This document shows, in pieces, positions 1-10,216 of a DNA stretch of 64,000 nt. The notes under the pieces are model-generated. The model ran no database searches, had not been told where the DNA came from, and saw nothing but the letters and a program-made list of their open reading frames with translations. The stretch comes from a virus. The number at the start of each line of letters is the position of its first letter. The stretch's first letter is position 1. Position numbers and translations under genes: made by a program. Location: the IMG/VR virus record IMGVR_UViG_3300047444_000577, positions 34,441 through 98,440 of that record. One strand, given 5' to 3'.

Positions 1-990
1 GAAGATGCTCGGGACACCTGCCGTCATCGTGGAGCGGACCACGTTCAGCCCCACGTTGGTGGTCTGGGCCAGCGCCGTGAAGGTGACGGTGACCACGCGC
101 CAGCGACCGTTGGTCGGATCCGCCGGGGCGTGGGTGTAGGCCGTGGTCGACAACTGGACCGAAGTGGTGTTGTCGACCCAGGGGCTGATCTCTCCGCAGG
201 ACTGCGCGACGGACACACGGGCGCTGAGGGTGTAGGTGCGTCCGGGGATCAGGCCGGTCACCTGGAGCGAGGTGCCGCTGTCCAGTGTTCCGCTGGACGG
301 TGCAGTCACCTTGAGGGCCTGGGTGCCCCGCCAGCAGAAGGCGTCGGCCGCCAGGGTGGCACCGCTGACCGAGGAGTAGCCGGTGATCCCGGACTCCATG
401 TTCGGGTTGGTCGCGTAGTTGAGCCGGGACGGCTTGATGATGACCTGGATCTGGCGGGCCATGGAGTAGGCGCTGGGGAGGCTCGCTCCCAGGGGCGCGG
501 TCTCCAACTGCACAGCGTCGAGCAGTTGGAGACCGTTGGCGTTCATGCTCGCGAACTTGAAGCCCACGCTCGCGTAGGCGGCCTTCTTCCACGCGTAGCC
601 CCCGCCGGACACGGGGTAGTCCTGGGGGGCGGTGACGACCGCGTACTGGCGGTTGTAGGAGCCGGACGCGGCCGAGGTCAGGCTTCCGCTGGTGGCTCCG
701 AGCATGGCCATGGCCGGGTCGATGCCGCCGAAGGGGTAGTGGGCGAAGTCCTTGAAGGCGGCGTAGGGGATGCGCAGGGAGGCCTTGAGGGTGCCCTGGA
801 GGCTGATCTGCCCGGCCATCGGGACCAGTGGCTTCGGCCGGGGAACGGTCGCCGAGATGGTGCCTTCGAAAGAGATCCCGCCATCCAGCGCGGGGCTGTA
901 GACGGTGTAGATCGCAGCGGCGATGTTGCCGCCGAAGGTGAGGGTCGGGGCGAAGTCGTCGCCGCCGACGGTGAACGAGAGGGTGGTCAT
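1..990 (-). CDS. Tail fibre or carbohydrate-binding tail protein (3' end outside the window)
   Basis: ATG at 990 (MTTLSFTVGGDDFAP...) abuts the stop of the upstream tail gene; the frame continues off the window edge with CBM-like segments. Confidence 0.65.
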   Translation of the reverse strand, partial: MTTLSFTVGGDDFAPTLTFGGNIAAAIYTVYSPALDGGISFEGTISATVPRPKPLVPMAGQISLQGTLKASLRIPYAAFKDFAHYPFGGIDPAMAMLGATSGSLTSAASGSYNRQYAVVTAPQDYPVSGGGYAWKKAAYASVGFKFASMNANGLQLLDAVQLETAPLGASLPSAYSMARQIQVIIKPSRLNYATNPNMESGITGYSSVSGATLAADAFCWRGTQALKVTAPSSGTLDSGTSLQVTGLIPGRTYTLSARVSVAQSCGEISPWVDNTTSVQLSTTAYTHAPADPTNGRWRVVTVTFTALAQTTNVGLNVVRSTMTAGVPSIF

Positions 991-2969
991 TACCTCACCT
1001 CCATGCCCACGCCGGTTGCCGAGGACAGGGTGGAGTCCGTGATCGAGAGCACTTGGGTTCCGTTGCGTAGGACGGAAATGCTGGAGCCGTTGTACGACAC
1101 CGTCATACGGTCACCGTCCTGGAAGGTCTGGGAATAGGCGGTACTGGTGGGCACTCCGGCCGAGTAGCGCTGCAGCGATGAACGTCCGGCGAACCAGTAG
1201 TTCGAGGTGTCGGACATGCGAAAGACCAGGCCCTGCTGCTGCGCTCCCGAGGGAGATGTGGCGAGTGTGACGGCCACGGTGCCGTTCGCATTACCGGTGA
1301 AATACGCCGTAGCCCGACCGCTGCCGGACGGGTATGACACTCCCCCGTCGTATCCGCCGGACGTCCAGGCTCCTGAGCCGATGGACCATGTCGCTCCACC
1401 GACGTCTGTCGTACGACCCGACCAGGCGGCCCAGTTCTGGGTGAAGGAGTCGAGGTAGTTGAACGCTGGCAGGGCGTCGCTGTAGAGGGCGGTGATGAGG
1501 CCGCCGTGGCTGTCGTAGAACTCTACGAAGGGGTACACGGCCACCTGCTGGCTGGATGCCGTCTGGGTGTAGCCGGACAGGCACAGCCGGGTGCGTTCGT
1601 CGTAGCCGAGGGGGATCCAGTACGCGTTGGCGGTCGCGTTGCTCGGAGGGCTGGTGTTCTGACTGACTGCGAGTGCCTGGTACGAGCGGCCGTGGAACGT
1701 CACCAGGTCACCGGGCTGGTAGAAGACCCCGGGATCCCAGGCGGCAGTGGCGTAGGGAATGGGGATGCCCCACAGGACCGGCTGCTGGGGGTCCATCGTG
1801 GACTGCCCGGCCAGCTTGGCGACCGAGCGCACGCCCATCGTGGCGATCGAGGAGCCGGAGTTGTTGTTCCGCACCACCAGTGCGTTGCCCGCCTGGCTGG
1901 TCGGGTTGGTGGCGTCCTGCACACCGACGAAGACCTGGACCGCGTTGGTGCCCGGAGCCACTCCAGCGGTGAAGGAGACCTCCTCCCAGCCCGCGATGTT
2001 GCCGTTGGAGTTGACCAAGGTGGCATCGGTGCTGGCCGACACAACCGTCCAGTAGGCGTTGGAAGAGCCGGTGCCGGTAGGGACCTGCGCCTGCCCGTAC
2101 GCCCCGCTGGAACCGGCCGCGTAGAGGTAGCTCCCGAACTGCACGCGCTCGCCGGAGGCGTAGTTCACGCCCGCATCCCAGATCGGGTAGATCGGGTGGT
2201 TGAAAGACGCCTGGTCATCGCTCAGCATCAGGTTGGGCCCGATCCGAAGGTCGGTGTCCCAGCCGGTGGTCTCCGCGATCAGGGAGCGGAGCTGCTCCAG
2301 GGTGCCCTTCTGCCGTCCCAGAGTTGCCGCGTCGCGGACGCGCTGGCGGAACAGGTAGGCGGGGGCGGAGGCCTCGTACTGGATGCCGAACTGGGCGGCC
2401 ATCTGCTGGATGTTGTCGAACCGGGTGCGCCAGGCGTCGTTGGTGTACCGGGTGCTGTCGTAGTAGGTCTTGACGATGTCCAGGCCGAAGCCGAAGACCG
2501 ACAGGAACGGCAGCAGGTAGGGGTTGGCGGTGTTGCTGTCGTCGGTGACTGCGTTGCCCGGAGTGACGTCGACCTTGTAGAAGTCGGGGACGAGGTCGTA
2601 CAGGGCCTGTGTGTAGCCGCAGTCCTTCGGCATCAGCGCTGAGACGGTACCTGCCCGGCTCCACTGGCCGGAGACGCTGATGAAGATCGTGTAGTAGAGC
2701 CACTGCCCACCGACGGTGCCCTGGTCGACGAAGGTCGTCGTCAGGTGGTTGACATCCAGGAGGATCTCTCCGTCGTTCTCGTTGACGGCCCAGCCGTAGC
2801 GGTTGCGCAGCAGCCGCATCGTGTCCCAGGTCCCGGCGGGTGCTGTCCACGACAGCAGGACGGTGGAGTAGTCGGCGGGTGTGGCGGTGACCGGGGACAC
2901 GTCGAAGTCGGGGCGGATGTCCGTCCCGTAGGTGTCCTGCCCGTAGAAACTCTGACCGTAGGTCGCCAT
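990..2969 (-). CDS. Baseplate wedge / P2 gpI-like tail protein with chitin-binding-like (CBM5/12) repeats
   Basis: LYDLVPDFY...RQKGTLEQLR gpI-like segment; two W..G..Y..G..V...G..Y repeats; lies downstream of baseplate J. Confidence 0.7.
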   Translation of the reverse strand: MATYGQSFYGQDTYGTDIRPDFDVSPVTATPADYSTVLLSWTAPAGTWDTMRLLRNRYGWAVNENDGEILLDVNHLTTTFVDQGTVGGQWLYYTIFISVSGQWSRAGTVSALMPKDCGYTQALYDLVPDFYKVDVTPGNAVTDDSNTANPYLLPFLSVFGFGLDIVKTYYDSTRYTNDAWRTRFDNIQQMAAQFGIQYEASAPAYLFRQRVRDAATLGRQKGTLEQLRSLIAETTGWDTDLRIGPNLMLSDDQASFNHPIYPIWDAGVNYASGERVQFGSYLYAAGSSGAYGQAQVPTGTGSSNAYWTVVSASTDATLVNSNGNIAGWEEVSFTAGVAPGTNAVQVFVGVQDATNPTSQAGNALVVRNNNSGSSIATMGVRSVAKLAGQSTMDPQQPVLWGIPIPYATAAWDPGVFYQPGDLVTFHGRSYQALAVSQNTSPPSNATANAYWIPLGYDERTRLCLSGYTQTASSQQVAVYPFVEFYDSHGGLITALYSDALPAFNYLDSFTQNWAAWSGRTTDVGGATWSIGSGAWTSGGYDGGVSYPSGSGRATAYFTGNANGTVAVTLATSPSGAQQQGLVFRMSDTSNYWFAGRSSLQRYSAGVPTSTAYSQTFQDGDRMTVSYNGSSISVLRNGTQVLSITDSTLSSATGVGMEVR

Positions 2970-2975
2970 GCCAGG

Positions 2976-3611
2976 TCACATCTCCCGGATCATCGCGGCG
3001 CTCATCGACAGGTCGGACAACCCCTGCCACACACCGACCATGGGGTGGTAGACCTGGAAGTTGATTTTGACGCCCGCAGTGACGGGGCCCATCCAGGTCA
3101 GGGACATGTGGGTGTTGCCGTCGTAGGTGGGGATCCCGTCCTGGGAGGAGATCGTCAGACCGTTCAGTTCGATGCTGATCTGACGGTCCTTGGTCTGGTA
3201 GGCACCTGTTCCACCGGTCCAGATCGCAGCCGTGGTGACGATCCACCAACCGCTTCGGTTGGTGGTGATGGCGGAGCCGTTGAACAGGCCTTCGGGGTCG
3301 TAGTACGACCTCGGCGCGGGCCAGGCGATGTTCTTGGCGCTGCCTCCGCCCTTGTAGGAGTCGGTGGACTTGCCCAGGTAGATCGCGGGGACACCCGCGC
3401 CGCGCTGGATGGCGGACATGCGCGCACCGACGGACGCCCACGAGTTGGTACGCATCTTGAGGGAACTGTCGGCGGCCGGGTTGAGCCCGAGGGTCTGCTC
3501 GATTGCGGCGATCTCGAACTGCAGATCGTTGACGTGGCTGGCATCCACGTCGTCCAGGAGGTTCCTGTGCGTCGTGAACTGCTTGTACTGGAATGGGTAT
3601 GCAGCGGCCAT
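2976..3611 (-). CDS. Baseplate/tail-associated protein
   Basis: ATG at 3611 (MAAAYPFQY..VDASHVNDLQFEI) is coupled to the baseplate J stop; the longer ORF-track start is probably wrong. Confidence 0.65.
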   Translation of the reverse strand: MAAAYPFQYKQFTTHRNLLDDVDASHVNDLQFEIAAIEQTLGLNPAADSSLKMRTNSWASVGARMSAIQRGAGVPAIYLGKSTDSYKGGGSAKNIAWPAPRSYYDPEGLFNGSAITTNRSGWWIVTTAAIWTGGTGAYQTKDRQISIELNGLTISSQDGIPTYDGNTHMSLTWMGPVTAGVKINFQVYHPMVGVWQGLSDLSMSAAMIREM

Positions 3612-5098
3612 CAGCCGATACCTCCGGTCATGGTGATGTTGCTGATGCTGCCGATCTTGGGGATCTCCCACGCGCGGAAGATGACGTCGGCGGTACCGGT
3701 CTGGGCTGCGTCTGCGCGCGCGACCATGGGGATGGCCACGTAGCGGACCCCGTCCACGGCGGAGATCGTCTTGTAGAAGTCGGAGAGGGTTATGCGCATG
3801 CCGAAGTCGACGTTGGCGAAGGAAAGCATGGTGCTCAGTGCCTGCTGGACGTCGTACAGCACGGTGGCGCGGGAGTAGCGCGGCCAGCACTCGATGGTGA
3901 CGGGGCTGCCGGAGGTGCCGATGTTGACCGCGACGACTGTGGGTCCGCTCACTGTGACGGTCGACCCGGCCAGCGCCTTGGACTGCAGGGTGTTCTGGAC
4001 CTTGGTCAGCACGGTGGCCGAGGGGATTCCACCGTCAGGGCCGATCACGTAGGCGGAGATCGAGGTGTAGGTGGAGGCGACCGCCTTGGCGCGCACGATT
4101 CCGGGGATGGTCAGTGCCAGGTCGGAGAAGTCGGCGAGGGTCACGCACCGGTCCTGGGTGCGGAACGTACGCGGGGCGTTCGCCCGGATCTGCTCGTTGG
4201 TCTCGGGGTCAGCTCCGCCGCTCATGGCCGTGGACAGGGCGGTTCCCGCGCCGTTCAGGGCGATGGACACGCCGGTAAGGGTTCCGGAGGCGATGGCGTT
4301 GACCGCACCGGCTCCTACGTTGCCGAGGACCCCGCCGCCGACCCGGTAGGTGGCGTACACCGTCAGTTGGTTGGTGGGGATCGCACCGTTGAGGTCGTCG
4401 CCGAAGCGCACCCATGTGGATCCGGCCTCGTCCAGGAACGTCACGAAGACGCGGTCGGAGGGCTCGGCATCGACGATGAAGTCGATCGGTGTCCACTGCA
4501 CCGGGCCGTTGACGTCGTCGACGAAGACCTGCACCGTGCCTGTGATCACGGGGACATCGGGCAGCCGGAACTCCTGCACGGGCAGGCCGGTGGACGTGCC
4601 GATGTTGACCAGGCTTCGGGTGACGCCCTGGGTGACCGTGACGGTTGCCGTTCCGCCGTTGAGGGGGACGGTCACGGCCTGGTCGGTCTCGTAGGTGACC
4701 GGGCTGTCGATGGCGTCGATGTAGTCCGTGACGACCTGGGTGCCTGCGGGGACGATCACCGCAGGGCCGGGATTGGAGGTCTGGAAGGTCACCGACCCAA
4801 CGGCGGGAACACCGTTTCCGGGGTTGTATCCGAGCAGGTCGGCGATCTGCAGCAGGGACAGCCGCTGCGTGGCGGTGGGCAGGAAGGCCTCTTGGCTGAT
4901 CCGGTCGCCGTAGTAGGACAGGTTGTCACCCATGTAGGAGAACAACTCGACCATGAGTACGCCGAAGTCCCCCTCGGAGGAGGGGTTCCACTGGGGGAAG
5001 GCGCGGGCCGCGTAGTCGAGCAGGCTCGCCTTGAAGCCCTCGTAGTCCCGACTGGTGTAGTCCACGGCGGGAGTATCGGGAGGCGTGGGTGTACTCAT
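3611..5098 (-). CDS. Baseplate J/gp47-like wedge protein
   Basis: VDYTSRDYE, GGADPET.EQIR and DRCVT..DF motifs typical of baseplate J. Confidence 0.9.
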   Translation of the reverse strand: MSTPTPPDTPAVDYTSRDYEGFKASLLDYAARAFPQWNPSSEGDFGVLMVELFSYMGDNLSYYGDRISQEAFLPTATQRLSLLQIADLLGYNPGNGVPAVGSVTFQTSNPGPAVIVPAGTQVVTDYIDAIDSPVTYETDQAVTVPLNGGTATVTVTQGVTRSLVNIGTSTGLPVQEFRLPDVPVITGTVQVFVDDVNGPVQWTPIDFIVDAEPSDRVFVTFLDEAGSTWVRFGDDLNGAIPTNQLTVYATYRVGGGVLGNVGAGAVNAIASGTLTGVSIALNGAGTALSTAMSGGADPETNEQIRANAPRTFRTQDRCVTLADFSDLALTIPGIVRAKAVASTYTSISAYVIGPDGGIPSATVLTKVQNTLQSKALAGSTVTVSGPTVVAVNIGTSGSPVTIECWPRYSRATVLYDVQQALSTMLSFANVDFGMRITLSDFYKTISAVDGVRYVAIPMVARADAAQTGTADVIFRAWEIPKIGSISNITMTGGIG

Positions 5099-5514
5099 CC
5101 GGCGATTACCTCGCTAACGGTGCCGCCCACCTGGACGACAGCGGTGTTGGTCTGCAGTGCGAGGCTGGAGGGGGACGTTCCTGCCTCGCGGCGTATGTAG
5201 TCGACCTCGATGCGTGCCAGCGAGAGCTGGGAGGCGTCGGGGATCGGGGTGGCCTGCCGAAGCACGACGCCCGGTTCGTAGGTGGAGAACGCGGCCGTGA
5301 CGGCGCGGCTGATCTCCTGGGCGATGAAGGCGCTGCCGGGCTCGAACAGCAGATCGGCCACGGCGACACCGTAGGTAGGAAGCATCACGCGCTCACCTGG
5401 CTGCGTGCCGATAAGCGCCTTCACGTGCTGGGCGATCTGCCTGTCCGGGTCCGATTCAACGGCAATGGACCCGTCGGACGTCAGGCGAAAGGGAATCGCT
5501 ATCTCGGTAGGCAT
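5095..5514 (-). CDS. Baseplate wedge gp25/gpW-like protein
   Basis: IAIPF...LIGTQPGERVMLPTYG..LLFEP motif. Confidence 0.9.
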   Translation of the reverse strand: MPTEIAIPFRLTSDGSIAVESDPDRQIAQHVKALIGTQPGERVMLPTYGVAVADLLFEPGSAFIAQEISRAVTAAFSTYEPGVVLRQATPIPDASQLSLARIEVDYIRREAGTSPSSLALQTNTAVVQVGGTVSEVIAG

Positions 5515-5573
5515 GACTGCATTCTCCCAGGAACAGCAGATTAGCTGTTATCGCTCTCAGTCGCGGGCACGAA

Positions 5574-5608
5574 AAGGACGGCCCGGAAGAATTCACCGGA
5601 CCGTCCTT
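5574..5608 (-). terminator. Stem-loop downstream of the spike gene
   Basis: AAGGACGG...CCGTCCTT inverted repeat followed by a T-run on the minus strand. Confidence 0.55.
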
Positions 5609-5622
5609 CGATTGCACGGGTA

Positions 5623-8055
5623 TCAGGAAAGGTTGCCCAGCGGGATCTCTGCGTCGACGCTGAAGAGGTCACCTGTAGCGATGGCTGCGGCATCGTGCGA
5701 GGTACCGACCGCGTCACTCCAGTACAAGGACACGGTGCCGTCCGTGTTCAGTGCCATGACGACACGGGTGTTCTTAAGGACACCCGTGGATGTGCGGTTG
5801 GTGACGCTGAAGAAACGCTGTGTCTTAGTCCGGTACGCGGCTGGGACCGCAGTGGCGAAAACAGTGAAAGCAGACGCCGAGGTGAGCGCGCTTCCGGTGT
5901 AGTGGAAATTGCCGGTCCATCGGACGCCGTCCGTGGGGGTAAGGCGGTATCTCAGGGTGTCCGAGACGAAACCGGTGGCCGTTACCGTGGGGGTCTGCCA
6001 CCCGGCAGCAACCCCGGTCGAGTCGCACTTGATGACGTTGCCGGAGAGGTACAGGTCAGCCGCTGCGGACTGCAGAGTTTCGAGAAGAACCATACGCGGC
6101 GTGGTCGCCTGCCCCGTGGCAGTACCACCGACTCCGGACTGGTAGAACGCCTGGAGCCTGACAGGCACATCCTCGCCACCGTTGGGGCTGGTGAGGATCA
6201 GTTGCCCCGGGAAGTTGGGCGGTCCGAGGTTGCTGACGGAGGAGATGGAAGCACCCGTGGGTGTGATGGTGCTGGTGCCCGCGTTGTAGTCACCCCATGT
6301 GAGTTGGGCCCCGCCCATTTTGAGGTACGAGCCGCTGCTTCCCGGGACGTAGGAGATGATGTCGCCGTTCGCACCGCCGACCTCGTCCAGCACGTTTCCG
6401 CTGCTGTCGTAGACGTGCACTCCGGTGGAGTTCATGACGGTCCGAGCACCCGACGTACCGGTCTGCAGGGTCGCCCCGGTGATCGTCATGCCGTCGATGG
6501 CGGTGGCGACCAGGTGCGCGGTCTTGATCGAACCACCCTGGATCTGCGTTGACCCAAGCACCGGGCGGACGATGATGTTGTCGTACCAGGCGGTCACGGC
6601 CGTGGTGTTGAAGATCTGCAGTTTCACGTAGCAACTCACCGTCCCGGCCGGGGCGGTGTAGGTGCTGCTCATCGTGTGCCAGGCACCGTCCAGCGTCGCG
6701 GGCGCTTGGAGCGCGCCGTAGGAGATGTCCGCGCCGGAGGCGTTGACCCACGCGATGTAGATCTTCTGTACGACGCCAGTGGAGCCGGTCAGCACGGTGG
6801 CCGACCAGTCGGTCTGCAGGTAGAACTGGTCGCCGGGCGCGGCCGGGACCTTGGACAGCAGGGACAGTTCGATCGTGGTGGCCGAGCCGAAGGTAGCGTT
6901 GACCTTGATCGACTTCGCCCCGCCGTTGAACTTCGTAGTGTCGAGCGACCAGGAGGACCCGGCTGCGGCGACCTGCGCTGCACCTACCGCCCCCTCGAAC
7001 CCGCCGTCCGGCAGCATGTTGGAGGCCACCCCGGAGATGACCATCTTGGTGGCGTCGATGCTGCCTGCTGCGATGGCCACGGCCGTGATGGAACCGGCGG
7101 CTATCTGGTTGGCTGTCACCGAGTTGGCCGCCAGGTCCGCCGTCCCCGCCTTCAGCGCGGTTCCCGAGGCGGTAGCGGATGCCGCGCTGGCGAAGCCGGT
7201 CTGGGAGACGGCGATCAGTCGGTAGAAGTAGGCACTGCCGTAGTTCTGCACCGAGTCGTAGACCCAGTCCGCACCGGTCAGTGTGGCCACCGTGCTGGGG
7301 CTGGTGAAGCCAGACGTGGTGTCCCGTTGGACCTGCACGTGATCGAAGAACGCGGGCATCGGGAAGCCGGAGTGATCCAGTCCGTCCCAGGTGATGCGCA
7401 GTCCGCCCAGGACGCCCAGGACCACCGGGGTCGAGGGGACGGGCGGGGGCGAACTGGAGGAGCCGGTGATGATGTCGGCTGACGTCCACAGCGAGGTGTT
7501 GCCGCTGGTGTCGATCGCCTGCACGCGGACCGTGACGTCCACGCCGGTATGAAGCCCGTCGATGATCACCAGGGTGTCCTCGGTTACCGTCCCGCCGACC
7601 CAGGTGGTGCCGTCGTAGGAGGACTGCAGGAGGTAGTGCGAGAGGTCCGTGAGCGGGGTGCCGTCCTGGTTCTCGGTCGGCGCTACCCAACTGGCCTGCA
7701 CCCGGGCTTGGGTGATGCCCTCGGCGGTTGTGTAGGGCGACGTGGTGAGCGCCAGGGACGTCGGCTGCTTGGGTGGCTCATGGGTGATCAGCCCAAGGCC
7801 ACCGAGTTGGTCCTGGACGTTCTTGATACCCAGCGGGCTGTACACCGGCTGGGTGATGTCGCCGCCGGAGAACTGGACCCACAGGGTCCCGCCGACGGGA
7901 GGCACGGTGTTGGTGGGTGAAGAGGGAGATGCCCAGGCGCTTTCCGCACTGCCGAGGATCTGCGGGATGAGCATGGTGACGCGGGCCTGGTTGAGCGGGT
8001 CCGCGTTATTGGCGACGCTCCCCTGGTACATACCCAGGACAGGGCTAGCCGACAT
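5623..8055 (-). CDS. Baseplate spike (gp5/gpV OB-fold) fused to FnIII and CBM-like domains
   Basis: N-terminal YQGSVANNADPLNQARV...WA.P...P.VG..LWVQF.GGD..P OB-fold; FnIII-like segments; NMLPDGGFE CBM-like domain. Probable ATG at 8055. Confidence 0.8.
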   Translation of the reverse strand: MSASPVLGMYQGSVANNADPLNQARVTMLIPQILGSAESAWASPSSPTNTVPPVGGTLWVQFSGGDITQPVYSPLGIKNVQDQLGGLGLITHEPPKQPTSLALTTSPYTTAEGITQARVQASWVAPTENQDGTPLTDLSHYLLQSSYDGTTWVGGTVTEDTLVIIDGLHTGVDVTVRVQAIDTSGNTSLWTSADIITGSSSSPPPVPSTPVVLGVLGGLRITWDGLDHSGFPMPAFFDHVQVQRDTTSGFTSPSTVATLTGADWVYDSVQNYGSAYFYRLIAVSQTGFASAASATASGTALKAGTADLAANSVTANQIAAGSITAVAIAAGSIDATKMVISGVASNMLPDGGFEGAVGAAQVAAAGSSWSLDTTKFNGGAKSIKVNATFGSATTIELSLLSKVPAAPGDQFYLQTDWSATVLTGSTGVVQKIYIAWVNASGADISYGALQAPATLDGAWHTMSSTYTAPAGTVSCYVKLQIFNTTAVTAWYDNIIVRPVLGSTQIQGGSIKTAHLVATAIDGMTITGATLQTGTSGARTVMNSTGVHVYDSSGNVLDEVGGANGDIISYVPGSSGSYLKMGGAQLTWGDYNAGTSTITPTGASISSVSNLGPPNFPGQLILTSPNGGEDVPVRLQAFYQSGVGGTATGQATTPRMVLLETLQSAAADLYLSGNVIKCDSTGVAAGWQTPTVTATGFVSDTLRYRLTPTDGVRWTGNFHYTGSALTSASAFTVFATAVPAAYRTKTQRFFSVTNRTSTGVLKNTRVVMALNTDGTVSLYWSDAVGTSHDAAAIATGDLFSVDAEIPLGNLS

Positions 8056-9193
8056 TGATGTCCTCCAGAATGCTGGACTCCCAGAACTGCTTGTTGCGCA
8101 GCACTGCTGGCACGGTGTCAAACTTGAAGCGCTTATTGACATCGCTCTTAAATGTTACCGAGTAGGGCTGGTCTCTTTCCGCATCAATGGTCGTGGTGAA
8201 AAGCAGCCCGCTATTGGTTTTGTCGCGGTTTATGAGGTGCTTCGTCGAGGTGACCAGCCAGCGTCCGCGCATATCCGGGGAAACAGAGGCCCCACCAATT
8301 CCCACCAGGGATCCTGGTATGACCTTGGCGGTGCCGTACACCTCCGCCCGCATCGTGATCCAGCCGCTCGACGCGCGCGTGCGCGCGTCCATCAGGGCCT
8401 GCGCGTCGGCGTAGTTGTTCACCGCGCGCGACGTCGTGATCGAATTCAGGAACGTGGCCGTACCGGCAGCGGCAGAGGACGACGCCTTGATGGCCTTGCC
8501 TGTGCGCGCGTCCACCCCGGATATCGTGCTGGTGCCTGTCGTCCCCGAGGCGCGGGGAACCATCGTCCCTGCCAGGATCGACAGGTTCTGCAGGGTGTCG
8601 TAGATCCCCGGCTGCTGGCTCCGGGAGAACACCGGGATGTCCTGCACGGGCTGGCCCAGCAGCAGGATGCGCGGATCCAGGAAGTAGAGAGTCGCCCCCT
8701 CCACCCAGCAGTTGAACCCCACCTCGTCGGCCAGGTCCTGCAGCAGCTCGAAGTCGGACTGCCCGCCCTGCGCCCAGTACGTGAGCCGCCGGGCCGATGG
8801 AGAGATGACCGTGCGCAGCCCATTGGCCCGGCCCACCTGCCGCGCGATGGAGGTCGGGCTGACGTTCTTCCACGACCGCGTGCGCTGGGTGTTCAGCGGC
8901 AGTGTGGTGCCGATGCACACATACCGGGTCGACACCGACCGCGAGCCGTTCGAGGACAGCCCGTTGGAGTGGTGCACGTACCCGTACCAGCGCACGATGT
9001 CGTTGGGGCTGCGACCGTAGTCCAGCACCACCGGGGTCAGCTCGGCGTAGGCTCTCTTCGCGGCGGAGGTGACCACGTCCACGATGGCCATGGAGTGCAC
9101 CCCGTATCCCTCGCGGACCTCCACGCGGGAGACGTAGTCGGCGATGCGGTCCGTACCGATGGTCAGCCGGACGACGGGCGGTTGCTCAGACAC
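8045..9193 (-). CDS. Baseplate hub / late control gpD-like protein
   Basis: AQGGQSDFELLQDLADEVGF..WVEGATLYF motif; position between the LysM-like and spike genes. Confidence 0.8.
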   Translation of the reverse strand: MSEQPPVVRLTIGTDRIADYVSRVEVREGYGVHSMAIVDVVTSAAKRAYAELTPVVLDYGRSPNDIVRWYGYVHHSNGLSSNGSRSVSTRYVCIGTTLPLNTQRTRSWKNVSPTSIARQVGRANGLRTVISPSARRLTYWAQGGQSDFELLQDLADEVGFNCWVEGATLYFLDPRILLLGQPVQDIPVFSRSQQPGIYDTLQNLSILAGTMVPRASGTTGTSTISGVDARTGKAIKASSSAAAGTATFLNSITTSRAVNNYADAQALMDARTRASSGWITMRAEVYGTAKVIPGSLVGIGGASVSPDMRGRWLVTSTKHLINRDKTNSGLLFTTTIDAERDQPYSVTFKSDVNKRFKFDTVPAVLRNKQFWESSILEDINVG

Positions 9194-9458
9194 TGGGGAT
9201 CCTGATGGTCTGTCCGGCGGTCAGGACCGTGAAGTCGAGGATCTCCGGGTTGGCGTCGGCGATCTCCCACCACAGGTGGGGGTCTCCGTAGTACTGCTGC
9301 GCGAGCAGGTCCAGCCGGTCCGATCCGGTCACCTGGTGGTAGGTGAAGGTGAACGCCCACTCCTTGGCCTGGGAGGGCACCACCGTCAGGTTCGGTCCCC
9401 TGCTGGAGGAGACCAGAGCGAGCGTCGAATCGGCGTAGCGCGAGGAGGAAGTGATCAT
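9186..9458 (-). CDS. gpX/LysM-like baseplate protein
   Basis: DRLDLLAQQYYGDPHLWWEIADANP...GQTIRIP. Confidence 0.85.
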   Translation of the reverse strand: MITSSSRYADSTLALVSSSRGPNLTVVPSQAKEWAFTFTYHQVTGSDRLDLLAQQYYGDPHLWWEIADANPEILDFTVLTAGQTIRIPSV

Positions 9459-10216
9459 CGTCCGGCCTTCCCCGAGTTGCCTGTGCTTCCCGTGTGCGGG
9501 GTGAACGAGGGGAAGGCGTAAGGATTGCCACTCGGAGGCGTCGGCAGGAGGTTCATCGTGACGGACACCTGTCCGCGCTGGGGAACCATGCTCTGCGTCC
9601 AGTGGGTGTACTGCACGTCCAGCTCGGTGATGAACCCGTAGTAGGACAGGCTGGACCCGATGACGGCGTACGCGGGAGTGTTGACCATCGGTCCGGCCGG
9701 GCCCCCCGAAAACGCGCCCTTCTGGAGACCGCTCAGCGCCGTCGCGTCGGCAGCCGTGCCCTGGGCAGGGAGCGTCATCGGTGCCGCGATGCCCGTGATC
9801 TTGTACAGCGACAGCACGTCGTAGGCGACCCCGTACAGCGGGACCTGGATCCGGGCGTCACCGGTCAGTTTCGAGGAGTCCCACAGCTCATAGGTGCGGT
9901 CGAACAGAAGCGTGAAGTTCACGCTCTGCGAAAGCGGCATGAGGAAAACCCCGGACGTCACGTCGTCCGGCACCTGCGAATTAGGGTCCGCGAGAACGTT
10001 GCTGTCCACCGAGTGCGCAACGTTCAGCACACTCGGGTTGTACAGGAAATTGCAGCGGTACCGAACGTTGTTGATCGGCTTCTCCGCAATGATGAAGCCC
10101 CTCGTCAACTTCGGACCGCCGGTCCTACCGTCGTCGTAATTACTGGTGCTTTGTATGAACGGAATCGCGGTAATTCGCGGATCGAAAGGACCGTTGTCCA
10201 TTATGGAACTAGCCAT
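9455..10216 (-). CDS. Tail tube initiator-like protein
   Basis: FLYNPS..., FTLLFDRTYE, GFITELDVQYTHW...VPQRGQV; lies directly after the tape measure gene. Confidence 0.65.
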   Translation of the reverse strand: MASSIMDNGPFDPRITAIPFIQSTSNYDDGRTGGPKLTRGFIIAEKPINNVRYRCNFLYNPSVLNVAHSVDSNVLADPNSQVPDDVTSGVFLMPLSQSVNFTLLFDRTYELWDSSKLTGDARIQVPLYGVAYDVLSLYKITGIAAPMTLPAQGTAADATALSGLQKGAFSGGPAGPMVNTPAYAVIGSSLSYYGFITELDVQYTHWTQSMVPQRGQVSVTMNLLPTPPSGNPYAFPSFTPHTGSTGNSGKAGR